The notes under the pieces were generated by a model. That model did not search any database. It was not told the DNA's origin and worked only from the letters and a program-made list of their open reading frames with translations. Shown in pieces: positions 24,728 to 37,170 of a stretch of DNA of 64,000 nucleotides. This stretch comes from Camelus ferus. Taxonomy: Eukaryota. A program made the position numbers and the translations under genes. The stretch is from NCBI RefSeq assembly GCF_009834535.1, contig NC_045696.1:95358001-95422000 (forward strand), in the 5' to 3' direction. Within the stretch, counting starts at the first letter, position 1; every line of letters starts with the position of its first letter.

Positions 24728-24849
24728 CTCTATGTCTTATTTACAGTTGCTTGTTGAGCTGCTTAAATAGTTGAGTTTGACTACCAGCACTGTGAAGAGC
24801 TCTGTTCTCTGCTGGGCTCTCTTCTCTAGACACAGTTTTTTTTTTCTCT
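24728..24849 (-). other. Candidate distal non-coding 5' exon of MBNL1 (122 nt)
   Basis: Acceptor ctatcctttcag| at 24850/24849 and donor GAG|GTAAGA at 24728/24727, in repeat-free sequence ~22 kb upstream of exon 1. I recall human MBNL1 transcripts starting ~25 kb upstream of the CpG-island exon. Confidence 0.55.
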
Positions 24850-25820
24850 CTGAAAGGATAGTCTACCAAAAGAGGAAGTTGTGAAACATAGAGTCATTAT
24901 GCTTTATAAATTCAATGGAGAAGGGAAAATGATTCACAAAGCTCATGCTTGAAATCATGGTTAACAGGCTATAAATTATGTATATAGATATATAATTAAC
25001 GTATACACATATTTACATGTGTAAGCAAATTTTAGAAAAGTTGAGTTATCAAAATCTGTATTTAATTAAGTAATGCTTATTTACATAAGTAACCACCTCC
25101 TGTGTGGCTAAATGATAATTATAGAAAAACAGAAAATACTGCTCTATGCAGAAGAAAACTGTCAAGCTGATAAAGGAGGAATAAACTTGCTTTTATAAGG
25201 CTAATTAATTTAAAGTATTTTGGAGTATGACCTAAATGCTAATCTGACTATAGAATCTGGTAAAGAGTTAAAAAAGAAAAGAAAAAACTTCAGTAGACGA
25301 ACATTTTCCTGGAATCTGAGTAGTGGTTTTTTGCCTACAAGTCTTAAACTTCCTTTCTCATGAATAGTTGCCTGTTACATATAGATAAAGCATTGCAAAA
25401 CTGAAACTGTTGCTTATTCCTGAGCTATGGTCTCTCTCAACTTCAGCCACAAGAATGAGAAACAGGTGCAGATCCTGCAATACTGAACATTTAACTGGTT
25501 AAGTTTCTAACAAGTTGGAACACAAATTGAAAATATCTACAGGACAGTAGAGACAGTGTTCAAAAAAGGACATAAAAACAGTTGATCAATGCAAACATTT
25601 TTGTCGACTTCAAATAAAAGGAAATGCTCAGGTATATGCTTCTCCCAGTTACTGGGTAATGGGAGCAAATGAGTAGCTGCAATTTGTATGTGGCAGTCCC
25701 TCCCCTGCCCCTTGCTCGTTAGGGAAGAGGAAGGGAGTGGATTGCAAGAATAATTAAGTAATTATGCAAACCTCCACGCATTGCAAGAACCACTTTCTGG
25801 ACTTCAGAAACCACCATGCT
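24850..25820. promoter_or_regulatory. Candidate distal promoter/enhancer
   Basis: AAAGAGGAAGT (PU.1/ETS, ~24869), AAAACTGAAACT (ISRE-like, ~25397), two ATTGCAAGAA (C/EBP-like, ~25741 and ~25780), RUNX-like AACCAC; no repeats recognised. Confidence 0.4.
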
Positions 25821-26507
25821 CTCAGGGTATCACACTCTGCTTTTTCACTTAGCCATATTTTCAAAGGGGCAATAAAAAATAATTAGGGGATGATTAAAAA
25901 TGGAAACATTTTCCATTTCATCTCAAGTCATACTTAATGTAAATTTACAGTAAGTAAAAACAAATGAATAATAAGAAAGCTGCCTCCCCATAAAAAAAAA
26001 AACAAAACCCAAAACCCAAAACCAAACCAGACTAAAAAAAAAAAAAACAAACCCACCAGAGTGTCACTGACATAAAATTTGACTTGAATTCTTTAGTGAG
26101 ATACTTTTAGGAAAATTTTTGAAGAAAAAGCTATTGATGTGATTGCCATTGCTTAGACTCTGTGTGTTTTGATAAATTTTAAATACTATTGTGTTTGAAT
26201 ATTGTTATAAAACACTAGGCCCCTCTGCTCCCCTCTCACATCACCCCAAAGGCCCAGACTCTGTCCTGGAAGCACAGTGCTCAGCATCTATGGGTGACTT
26301 TAATATGCTAGCTCAGTGTTTGTGCCCTTTTACCTGGGTGATGGGTGTCTATTTCTGTTTCTCTAATGATCCTTTCCAGGCTAGTGAATGTGCTCAAGTT
26401 TCCTCCGTTGTAAAAACATCTCCTCTGACTGAACTGCCCTATTACTTTCTTATTTGAGAAAGTTGTCATCACTGACTTCCTTCAACTCATCATAGCATTT
26501 GCTTGTG

Positions 26508-27174
26508 TGTGTGGTATAAAATGCATAAATAAAACTGACCATTTTTGCCATTTTTAAGCACATATTCCAGAGACATTAAGTATTTGCACACTGTTGTACA
26601 ATCATCACCACCCTGTCTCCAGATCTTTTCATCCTCCCAAATTGAAACTCTGTATTCATTAAACAATAACTGCCCAATCCTCCTTCCACAACCCAAGCCC
26701 TGGCAACCACCATTCTGCTTTGTCTCTAAGAATTGACTAATCCACTTACCTCATATAAGTGGAACTATAGAATATTCATCCTCATGGCTGCTTATTTCAC
26801 TTAGGTTCATCCACGTTGTAGCATGTGTCAGAATCTTCTTCCTTTGGAAGGTTGAATAATATTCCATTATTTATACATACATATACACACACCCCATTTT
26901 TATATATATATAAAATGTATGTGTGTGTATATATATATATAATTATATATAGATATATAATTTTATATTTTGCATTTTGTCTATCCATTCATCCCTCATG
27001 GATACTTATACTTGGGTTGCTTCCACCTTTTGGCTGTTGTAAATAATGCTGCTATGAATATAAGTGTATAAATATCTGTTTGAGTTTCTGCTTTCCATTC
27101 TTTTGAGTATATATTCAGAAGTGAAATTATGTGGTTCTTCTATGTTTAAATTTTTGAGGACCTGCTGTACTGTT
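26508..27174 (-). mobile_element. L1MB-type 3' end
   Basis: ctggcaaccaccattctgcttt...ttgggttgcttccaccttttggctgttgtaaataatgctgctatgaa is typical reverse-strand L1MB; internal (TA)/(CA) expansion. Confidence 0.85.
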
Positions 27175-27955
27175 AAAGCCTCCCATCTTCCACCTGCTTC
27201 TCCCTCTGCATTCTGGTTTCTGTCTGTCCTGGACACCAAGACAAAGTCACCGCATAACCTTGTTACCAAATCCAAATGACGCTTCAAGGCCCTCATACTT
27301 GACCTCTGTGCAACATTTGCTACTGTTGACCACTCCCTCCTCCTAGAAGTGGTCTTTGTGCTTGAGTTCTTGACTTCATCCTCTCCTTCTGATTATGTAC
27401 CAGGTTTTTCTTGGAGTTTCTTATAGGGTTCCTTAACTATGTTCATCCACTAAATGTTGCCACTTCTCTCTTTTGGGCCTGCCCTTCTCCTTACCCACAA
27501 TTTCCTCAATATAAGTCCATGGTTTCAATAAGCAAATATTTATTGCTCCCAAATCTGTCTCCAAAATAGGTTTCTCCTTAAAGAAGTTTTAACTAGTGCA
27601 AAATAGAAGATCATTTTTACTTGTGATCTAGAGAGAAGAGTTTGACTGCTGGCCCCAAGATCAGTCTGAATTAATTTTCACCTCTGCTATTACTTAACTT
27701 TGGGCATGTTAGCCATTATTTCTGAGACCTCCATAAAGTGGGGACTTAAATGACAACTTTAGAGGGTTATTAAAAGATTTTTTTCTTAACATTGAAAAAA
27801 TTACAAAATGAAGAATACTTACTTTATTGTGATTACAGTATACAAATACAGATAAAGCAAAACTCCATTCTATTTCCCTTTAAAAGGATTCTCTTCCCCA
27901 GAGGCATCAGTTTGAGGTGTATCTTTGCAGATCTATTTCCTATATGTATATAACA

Positions 27956-27961
<6 letters not shown>

Positions 27962-27998
<37 letters not shown>
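27962..27998. repeat. (TG)n microsatellite
   Basis: Perfect run, about 18 units. Confidence 0.95.
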
Positions 27999-28001
<3 letters not shown>

Positions 28002-28048
28002 ACATATGGGATTAATAATTTATGAATAACATGATACTGTGATTTTTT

Positions 28049-28152
28049 AAAAATTTAAGTTAATTTTTTAAACAGAGGTACTGGGGATTAAACCCAGGAC
28101 TCTGTGCTTGTTAAGCATACACTCTACCACTGAGATATATACCCCAACCCCC
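28049..28152 (-). mobile_element. tRNA-derived SINE, camelid vic-1-like
   Basis: gaggtactggggattaaacccaggactctgtgcttgttaagcatacactctaccactgagatatatacccc plus A-rich tail; TSD actgtga(t/c)ttttt at ~28036 and ~28155. Confidence 0.85.
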
Positions 28153-29999
28153 TCACTGTGACTTTTTTTTAAACTTAAAAATATGGCTTGAAGATATCTC
28201 CAAGTCATTCTTTTGAACTGATTCATATATACCTAATTCCTCTAGTCACAGAATTTGTATAACTTCTTCACAATTAAAAATAATTTAGACAGCAAGCAGC
28301 ATTACAGCTGTTTCTTTAAAAAGTATGTGCAAGTCTCTCTTTAAGGTAGACATGGGGACGTAAAATTGTTGGAGTACATACATTTAAAATATTGTCACTG
28401 CAAAATTGCCCAGTCAAAAAAAGCTTTACCCGTTTGAGTTTCCAACATTTCCTATTTTTTTAACCTCCTTTGCCAATATTTAATATGATCAAACTTTCAA
28501 AGATTTGCTAAGAAATTGTTGTCTTAATATTTTTAATTTATATTCCCTGATTAGTTTGGAGATTGAACATCTTGTAATGTTTGTATCTCCCTTTATATTT
28601 CCTGTTTTGTAAATTGTCTGTTCTTTCATTCTAGACGTTTATTTATTGGGTAACTGTCAACTTACTATTGATTTGTAGAGTTAAACTTATCTTCTGTTTC
28701 AATGTATTGAAACATTCTTCCTTTTTTAATGCTCCAGTCATTGGCTACTGTAAGTTTTTGAGATGACTCCAATATTCTTTGATAATGCACTTGCTTTTTG
28801 GAACAATGAGGTGACCCGGGCTTATTTTGTGTGTTTCCTACCACAGGCCTGAACTTAGCCTTTTCTCTAAAGGACCTTGGTTCCTTTTAGTAGGACAGGG
28901 GCTTTTGAGATCACAGTTTAGAGCTTAATGGTGCTCATTGCTACTGGGTATCGTAAGTACAATAAAATGTTAGCTCTTTCTATATGACAAATAGCACATA
29001 CTTGCAAGATATATTTAAATACATATCAGGAGTTTATGTTAGTATTACACTATATTTTGCATTAAAAATAAATTAGGAATAATATATCTGATACAAGAAA
29101 ATACCTTTTTAAAAATAAAAATTAAGCCCTATTTTCTTACAAAAGGGTATTTTGATAAAGAAAGGCAGTAACACAGTAATTGTCATATCTTGCATGTAGA
29201 GCATTCATAATACCCTTCCAAAGAACTTTCAAAATCATGTAGATTGGAAAAATATTATACAGCTTCCATATTTTCCATTATTTTCATCCACATTTATCAT
29301 TATGGTTGTCAATCTCTGTTTCCTTCATTTTTTTTACTATTATGCACTGATCACTAAAAGTAAGCAAGCATCTGTGCGTATGTTCCTGAAAACAGATTTC
29401 AATTAAAACAAAATAAATGTATTCATGCTTTTAGCCACCTTTTTTTCTTAAGACACATTTTCATGGTCACTATAAAACTACAGAGTTAGCGATATTTCAG
29501 TTGCTATCTGCATATCTCAGTGGTGAGATAAGTTCTTCTGATTCATTCATTGTATATTTAACTTATGAAAGAAATGGCCATAATATTTAAGCATTCATAT
29601 AATTTTTCTGTTTTGTTTTTGTGCAGCTAGAGAATCGAAGAGAAAAGCATTGTCTGATCATTCTCAAGTACCTTTAACCTAACCCTTAGTTCCTTATTTG
29701 AAAAGAGGGATGAGAATACCAACTTCACTGGGGTTCTGGGAGGATCAGTTAAATACCCAGGTAAAGGGTGAAGCGGAATAAGTTTTCTGATAGGTGTGAT
29801 GCTGATACTTTCCAAATCTAATTTGAAAATACAAAACTGGGCAAAATTTTTTCTTCTAGTTCATGAATGTATTTATTTGAAAACATTGCAAAAGGTTTAC
29901 AAATTAAATCACATCTATTCTACGTTTATATTACATTTATTGTGTTCATTAAGAAAAATAAATGAAAAGAACCAGAAATTACATTAGGGGCCAGGAACA

Positions 30000-30690
30000 C
30001 AAAAAGAATAATTGAACTCTGCAGGGTATTTCTGTGTATCTCACCCTTTCCTGCTCTGCTTTTTTTTTGCCTAGAAGCTGATGTCTACTCACCACATCAC
30101 TAGGCTCTCGTGCCCTCTTCCTTCTGGTTAAATTTAGCCAATGGATGCACCAGCATGAGATAAAGAGAAAATCTGGACTATGCATTGGTATTTACTTTAT
30201 CCCCCTCATCCTGTCAGGGCACAGTTTAGAAAGTGGAAGCATTTTTCTCCCTACCGCTGCAGATCCTCTCTGGCTGCTCTTTTCTTATCCACATTACTGA
30301 TTCTTTTTCTTCTTGTAACAAGTTTCCTGATTTTTCTCTGAGGAACAGGCTAACCCTTAGTATCAGCCCATGTAAAGTGAATGGTATTGATTGTCCTCAC
30401 ACTGACATGTGACCAATGTCTGGCAGGTAAGTTCAGTTCTTTTTCGTTGCTATGATGATTGGTTCAAAGATGGGCAAAGAATTCAAGCCAGTCAATAAGA
30501 CTTATTTCTAGACATTTTAAACTCTGCTTTTGCTGAGATTGGCAAGCAAATAAGATTGAATTCTGATGACATCATCAGAGTCCCTGACTCCAACTATGTC
30601 TGAACCCTTATCTCTCTTCTTTTCACATATTGAGCCAATAAAGTTTTAGATTTCTGTCACTTGCAACTACAGCCTTCTTAATCAAGAAGG
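30000..30690. mobile_element. Old LTR fragments (LTR33-like and MLT1K/L-like)
   Basis: cttctggttaaatttagccaatggatgcaccagcatgagat; tgagccaataaagttttagatttctgtcacttgcaac. Confidence 0.5.
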
Positions 30691-30769
30691 AAACTCTGGA
30701 GGAGGAAGCATATTTTCTTGAAGTATGCAATATCATCAATAAAATAAAGCTTTTTCACTATTCCTAGAC

Positions 30770-31020
30770 TAGGATTGCTCAATAGAAATATAATACAAGA
30801 CACACACATCATTTAAATTTTTCTAGTTGTTACATTAAAGAGAAACAGGTGAAATGAAATTTTGTAAGGTATTTCATTTAACTCAATATATAGAAATATT
30901 ACCATTTCAATATGTAATCAATATAGGAATTATATCATTTCATTTTTTAATTAATTAAAATTAAATACAATTAACAATTCAGTCCTCAGTCACATGAGCC
31001 ACATTTTAAGCACTCAGCCT
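30770..31020. mobile_element. MER33-type hAT-Charlie element
   Basis: caatagaaatataat...aaacaggtgaaat...catttcaatatgtaatcaatat...gagccacattttaagcactca. Confidence 0.7.
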
Positions 31021-34000
31021 TACTCTCGATCCTAGAATACAGGAGGCGTCAATAGAAGTCCAACTGAATTTGAGCCTTTGATCAAATTTTAGGGCCTTAG
31101 AATGGGGAGATAGTTAATATTTTTGAACAGGGAAATGATATAAGCAAAACAATGCTTCAATAAAAATAATCTGGCAGCTACAGAATCCTGAAAGCTTTCC
31201 TAATTTCCCAGACCAAGTAATGATGCCCTTTTCCAAAATCTTCTTGCATGAAGTTATTAGGACATATGTCAGATTCTCTAGAGGCAGAAACACTTATTCA
31301 CGTAGAGTAAGGCAGCCAGAAAAATAACCTGGTGTTGACTAGGATTCTTTCCAGACCTTGCCTATGCAGTCTCTTATCCCTAATGAGATTTGGAACATTC
31401 CCATGATATTAAGTGGTGTGCCAACTTCTGATTCTTGCTTCTAGACAATCAGGTACAGCAGAATAATGGAATCAAATGTAAGATGAAAAAATAATTAAAA
31501 ACTTTTTTTTCTAATATATGCGTTAACTGAAAGGCCAATCTTGATTTGAGACCTATTCCAATAGGGAAACAAAAATAGTCTTAGAATCAAGAAAATATAC
31601 TATATATTGTCCACTCCAAAGTGGGAAAAATATGCTTTACTTTGCTTTTGTCCCATTTCAGTTTCTTGCCCATAGCAATTTCTCAAAAAATTATATTTGG
31701 AACTAATGAATTATAAAATATAAATAATAATCTTTCAAATCTTTTTGGAAAAGTAATATAAAATAAAACAGAATACTTTAAAAATATTTTTCATTTTTTA
31801 ATCCATTTAACGTATTTGAATAACTTCTTGATTAAATTTTTGATCAACATTCCATTTTCATTTTATCTTTTCATAAACATAAAATGATTTAAAGATACAG
31901 TACTTTTCATTCCTGGAACATTCATTATGATTTTAATCAAATAATTATATGAATTCTAAGAGCCTTCATGTGCTAGCAGATGAATTACATTAACAGAAAG
32001 CTTTTTTGTCAGAAACACCCTTTTTCTGTAAGACCTTTTCAAATTCCTGAGCAGAGGCATTTTAATAGTGAAACCCTTCGCTTCTGCCAACAGGGAAAGG
32101 GCTATGTTTGTTATTTCTATGGTGAAACAAAGAAAGGATATGTTCTTCTTCAATGGCACAAAACCGCTACAACAGAAGACCATATTTCAAAATGGGGGTC
32201 AGGTCAGGAAAAAGAGTCCCCAGAGGAAAGTTGCTGGGGACTGGCCACACCTAAACATAGAGAAAACAATGCAACAGCCACTGGTGACGGCTGCCGCAAA
32301 TCACAGCCCCCGTGAGATGTCTGTGGCCCCTTTTATAACAAGAATTCTAGGGAACAATGGTGTTGTATGACGCTGGCGGCTCTCCTAAAATGATGTATTG
32401 GCTTCATTTATTTTCTTTTTGTTCGTTTATTTTGAGCAATGAGTGAGATTGTATTTGAAAATGTGGGGATTCACAATCTGCGGGACTGTAAGCATCAGAA
32501 AAGAAGAGGTACTTCTTAGAGGGGATTTAACCTCCGCACTTTGTTGGTGGCTGTCTTTGTCAACAGAGTTAACTATTTTTGGCTTTTGAAGATCAGTTCT
32601 GACGTCTGATGGCAAGTATGGTTGTCCACTTGGCCACTATTGACTGAGCCCCTGGTGGTCATATTGTAAAGCTTTACAATGTGCCTTTTGTTACAAAACA
32701 TTTACATGAGCCTTAATGCATTCTTTTCTTCCCCAAAGCCAATTACCAGCAGTTACTCAGCTTTCAGAAGGCTTCAAGTGAAGTCACATTATGTTTCATG
32801 GTGACTGAAAATTCACAAAAATATCAAAGCTCAAATCCTTCATTCTGTGTTTCCAACTAAATCAGCCTTACCCAATGTTATCTGAGTGTCAGGACATGAT
32901 GCACTTTTGCTTCCTGAAAATACTTTTTTTGGGGGGGATAGATAGATATAGATGTAGATATAGGTATATAGATACATGTATATATACACAGTATGTATAC
33001 AAATGGGATTTTTTTTGGTAAATGGGAGTTATACCAGTAATATATGATCACCATAAAACTATAAGGAACTTAAAACTATAAAGATCATCCTTGTTTCAAT
33101 TAGCTGGGGATATTATTAACTATTCAATTTTTATATGCAGCCTTCCAGATTCATATATATATATGTGTATATATTCATATATATATGTGTGTATATATAT
33201 GTGTATATATAATATTTTCAGAAATGAATTACACAAAAATATAGCAGACTTCTGTGGAACTATCTTTCTATATTTATTATTCATGGACTGGGAAAATACT
33301 TAGGGACAAAGCTACCATAAATTTCAGTAACAATCCTTATTCACACAATCACCTACATACCTTTGAACAGCAGTAGCACATGTTCTTACAGAACATATAT
33401 ATATCCAGGCTACTGAAATACTATGGATGTATGATTTGGAGACCTTTCATGAAAAAATAAGTCTCACATATTTAGAACCACTGATTGAAATCTTTTAAGA
33501 ACAAGCGATGCTTGTGTTTTCTGTGCTGTTGGCTTTAGATTCAAAGCAAGTTCAACTGCCATAGCTTCTGTTGTTGTTAACAAAGACACATGGAATATTT
33601 GCTACAAACCAGAATAGGCTTCAACTTGCAAGACACAGGTTTGGGAATCAGCTTGTCTGATTAGGTAATTATGTGACTTCAGGAATTAATCATTGGTGGT
33701 TCTTATGCTAAAGATGAGTGAGATGCACCAGTAATTTCTTTCCACAAAACCTGGTAAGACTACTAAAAAGAGATAAGATCTGGAAGAAGTCTTTAAAGAT
33801 GGAGCTATAATACTTAAGGAAGTTAGTGGGCAAATGAAGATTTTAAGGAGCTACATGGTCAAAATCCCAAAGAAATAGCCAGTGAGTATTGTACTGAGGA
33901 CAATCATGAGATTGAAGTTCGCAAAGGATTTTATGTCAGAAGCAGCAGAAGTAGTATTTAGAACATGACAAATTTCTTTTTAATTTGGAAAGAAAATCTG

Positions 34001-34559
34001 AAATAAAGGTAAGGTCAGAAAATAATATGATGGACAACCGTGTAAGTACTATCAGAATAAAAAAAAAAAAAACCACCTAACACCTGGATGTCTCTTTGTT
34101 AGGTACTTTTTCTTTATATAGCTCATTTAAAGACCAAACCTTGAAGTACAAGGAGTGTTTGAAAAAGCGTTGATGATATTCTACAAGAGAATGGAAAGGG
34201 AAAAGCACCTTTGAGAGATATAACTCATGTAATGTACATGATACACACAAAAAACTTTTAGAAACATGACTCATTGGAATTATTTAAAATTGCAGAGACT
34301 CATCAAAGAGGGGAGGTTAACTAGGACGTGATTTAACATGTTTTAAGTAATTTGGTCTCCACAGTCATTTGATTATAACTCTTTAACTGATTAGCTTGAG
34401 AAATACAGACTCCAAGTTTTACTGGGATGTGATCCAAAAGTTAATTTGTATCTTAGTTGTTTGATTTGCTCCCCCATAGTTATAAGGTTATACTCTGTTG
34501 TTAACTTTCCTGACTGGTTCATAAAAGCCTATTTAACATGTCAGCCAAGACTACCAGCT

Positions 34560-35465
34560 CCTTTAAGACCTCTCATACATCATACACAGGAAGCAGTGAT
34601 TGTTAGGTCTGATAATAGTATGGTGGTTATATTTAGAAAAAAAGATAAGTTATCTGTGGCTTTGTAACAGAATGTCACAAACGTAACAGCTTGAAACAAT
34701 ACACATTTACTATCTTACAGCTTCTGTGGATCAGAAGTCTTGTACAGCATGGCTGGGTTTTTTGAGACTCCCGAACTGCTGAAATCAAGGCGACATTCAG
34801 GGTTGCTATTCTCATCTGGATCCAAGGTCAAATAATTGTGGACAGAATTCAGTTCCTGGTGGCTTTAGGACTGGGGTCCCCATTTTCTTGCCTGCTGTTG
34901 ACCAGAGGCTGCTCTCTGCTTCTAGAGACCACATTCTTTGCCACCTGGCCCCCTCTGTCTTCAAGCTAGTAATGGAGGACATTTTGCATGTCAGTTCCCT
35001 CTCATGTGTTGAATCTCTGATTTTCTCTGTCTCTGACTTCTAGACTTAGGTTTAAAGGGCTCATGTGTTAGGCCAGGCCCACTTAGAAAAATTTCTTACT
35101 ATTTTAAGGTTCACTAATTTAGAAACTTAATTACTTTTGCAAAATCCTTTCAAGCAGTGCCTAGTTTAGTGTTCGATTGAGTAACTGGGAGGAGATGTTG
35201 GCACCATCTTAGAATTCTGCCTACCACAAACCCTATCAGTTACTGATATACACTGACATATGAAAGGTGGAGTGGCATGAGGCATAGGATTTGCACTGAA
35301 ATAATCCAACATAAAAATAGAGTGAGGAAAAGATGCAATAAAATTGACAAAATATTAAGAGTTGTTGAAATGGCATGACAGGTATTTAAGGGTTTGTTCT
35401 GCTATTCTTTCTGCTTCTATTGTTCTTGAAATTATCCACTAAATTTTTAAGTAAATAAATAAATA
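34560..35465 (+). mobile_element. Old L1 (L1MD/ME-type) 3' end interrupted by an MLT1 LTR
   Basis: ttgttaggtctgataatagtatggtggttatattt precedes the LTR; ggatttgcactgaaataatcca...gttgttgaaatggcatgacagg and an (TAAA)n tail follow it. Confidence 0.55.
34645..35228 (-). mobile_element. MaLR LTR (MLT1D/E-like)
   Basis: Ends caccatcttagaattctgcctaccaca, the reverse complement of the MLT1D start TGTGGTAGGCAGAATTCTAAGATGG; contains cttgaaacaatacacatttactatcttacagcttctgtggatcagaagtc. Confidence 0.8.
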
Positions 35466-36964
35466 ACATATCCCTCAGCCTTAATCCTGAGACCTAAATT
35501 TTGTTGCCATTGAACTTTAATCTTGTTGAATCTAAACTCATAACCTAAGTTCTTCCTTCTTCTGGATACCTTGTTTAATCATTCCTCAGCCTTTTAAAAC
35601 CATGAGATAAATTGGGACTGAGTAGATCCCAAGGCATATCTGGGATGGTCAGGATGGCAGATGTCAGTGCATGGAGGAGGACTAGAGCATTTGCCATGCT
35701 GAAGGTGAGGAGTATGTGTGAGACAGAGCTCTCTGGCCAAAGAGATGATTGTGATCAGGTGACCCCTTACGATGGTGGGAAGGGGTAAGGAAATAAGGAG
35801 GCCTGAAAAAGAGGAACCGTCTTCCATACAAATGTCAGCAACGAATGCAGAAGAAATAACAGAATTAGCAAATTACCATTATGCAATCTGCAATGTAACA
35901 TGAAACTTAAGAGAATATCAGAGAAAGTGAATTGGTGAACATTTATTAGAGAACAGAATATTCACAGTTTTAAAATATTCCCCTACGGATAGCTTTTTTA
36001 GTTACAAACGAAAAACTGATAATACTTAAGGAAGTTAGTTGGGCAAATGAAGGTTTTAGGGAGACATATAGTGAAAATCCAAAAGTCATATGCAGTGAGT
36101 ATAGTATTGAGGAAGACTGCGAGATCAAAGTTCAGAAGCAGTAGAAGTAACACTTAGAACACGACACATTTCTTTTCAATTTGGGAACAAAATTTGAGAT
36201 AAAGGTGCATATAAGGAATTCTATTTATTTCATATCCAGAGTACATTTTTTTGAGAAAAATAGAAATTCACTGGTGATTCTCCGTCAAGTATTGTGGATA
36301 ACTTTTAAAAAACTATAAAACATTTGTGCATATGGTGTATCATTCAAGTACTGAACTTTATTGCCTACTATTAGTTCTTAAGGAAGCAATTTTAATTTTT
36401 CATTCAGCAGACTAAATCTCCTGGTTCTTTAAGCAGGTAGTAAACTGGAAAGATTAACATTCCTAGCTGGTGAGCATTGATTAAAGATTGTATCTTGTTA
36501 AGTTACACTTATAATTAGGTAGCAATATTGAAGTCTAGAAATATGGTAAAGTATACTCTAAAAGTTTTAGCCGTTTTACTTGAAAATTTCAAAACTGTTC
36601 TATAGAGAGCCTAAATAAAATGTTCTGAATTGTTGATGAATCATATTCTTTCTCCATGGTGACATGCAAAGAATGAAGTTTCTTCTTCAGTTAGAAAGAA
36701 AAATGTAGACAAATAAATTCTTCTTAAATGATTCCCTGACTATATTTCAAATATTAATCTATTTTTATGAATAATTTTTGACATCTTGTCTTTCCTTTAA
36801 TGGTTTATTTATATTGGAGTAATCTATTAAATTATTATACATCTAAATCTATCATAATTTTCTGTTTAAAACTGTGTTAAAGACAAAAAAATGAAGAAAA
36901 TTTATCTAAAGTTCAGAATTTTTCCTCTCCATTGCACATTACATGTGGTCAAAATATAGCCATC

Positions 36965-37170
36965 TTGATACTCACCGTGAAGTGAGTTCATCATTTGGTT
37001 CATCAATTGTACCAAATATGCCACACTGATGAGGGATGCTGAGGGTAGGGGAGTATATATGTGTGGGTGGGGAGTGCTATGTGTGAATTCTCTGTATTTT
37101 CTGCTCATTTCTGCCGTGAAGCTGAAACTGCTCTAAAAAAAGTCTATTAATTTTAAAAAAAGAATAAAAG
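36965..37170 (+). mobile_element. L1MC-type 3' terminus
   Basis: ttcatcaattgtaccaaatatgccacactgatg...gctgaaactgctctaaaaaaagtctattaattttaaaaaaa. Confidence 0.7.

Larger units (their letters stand above)
27780..28960 (-). mobile_element. Old L1ME/L1MC fragments hosting a SINE and (TG)n
   Basis: tccctgattagtttggagattgaacatctt...; ggaccttggttccttttagtagg...gtgctcattgctactggg. Confidence 0.55.
33807..36206 (+). repeat. Pair of diverged ~200-bp direct repeats (33807-34010 and 36019-36206)
   Basis: Both begin ataatacttaaggaagttagt(t)gggcaaatgaag and end ataaaggt; they are collinear throughout. Confidence 0.9.

Noticed and set aside
29627..29815. 62-aa minus-strand ORF following an acceptor-like AG
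   Set aside because: No homology recognised and no upstream coding exons; splice signals are better on the plus strand.
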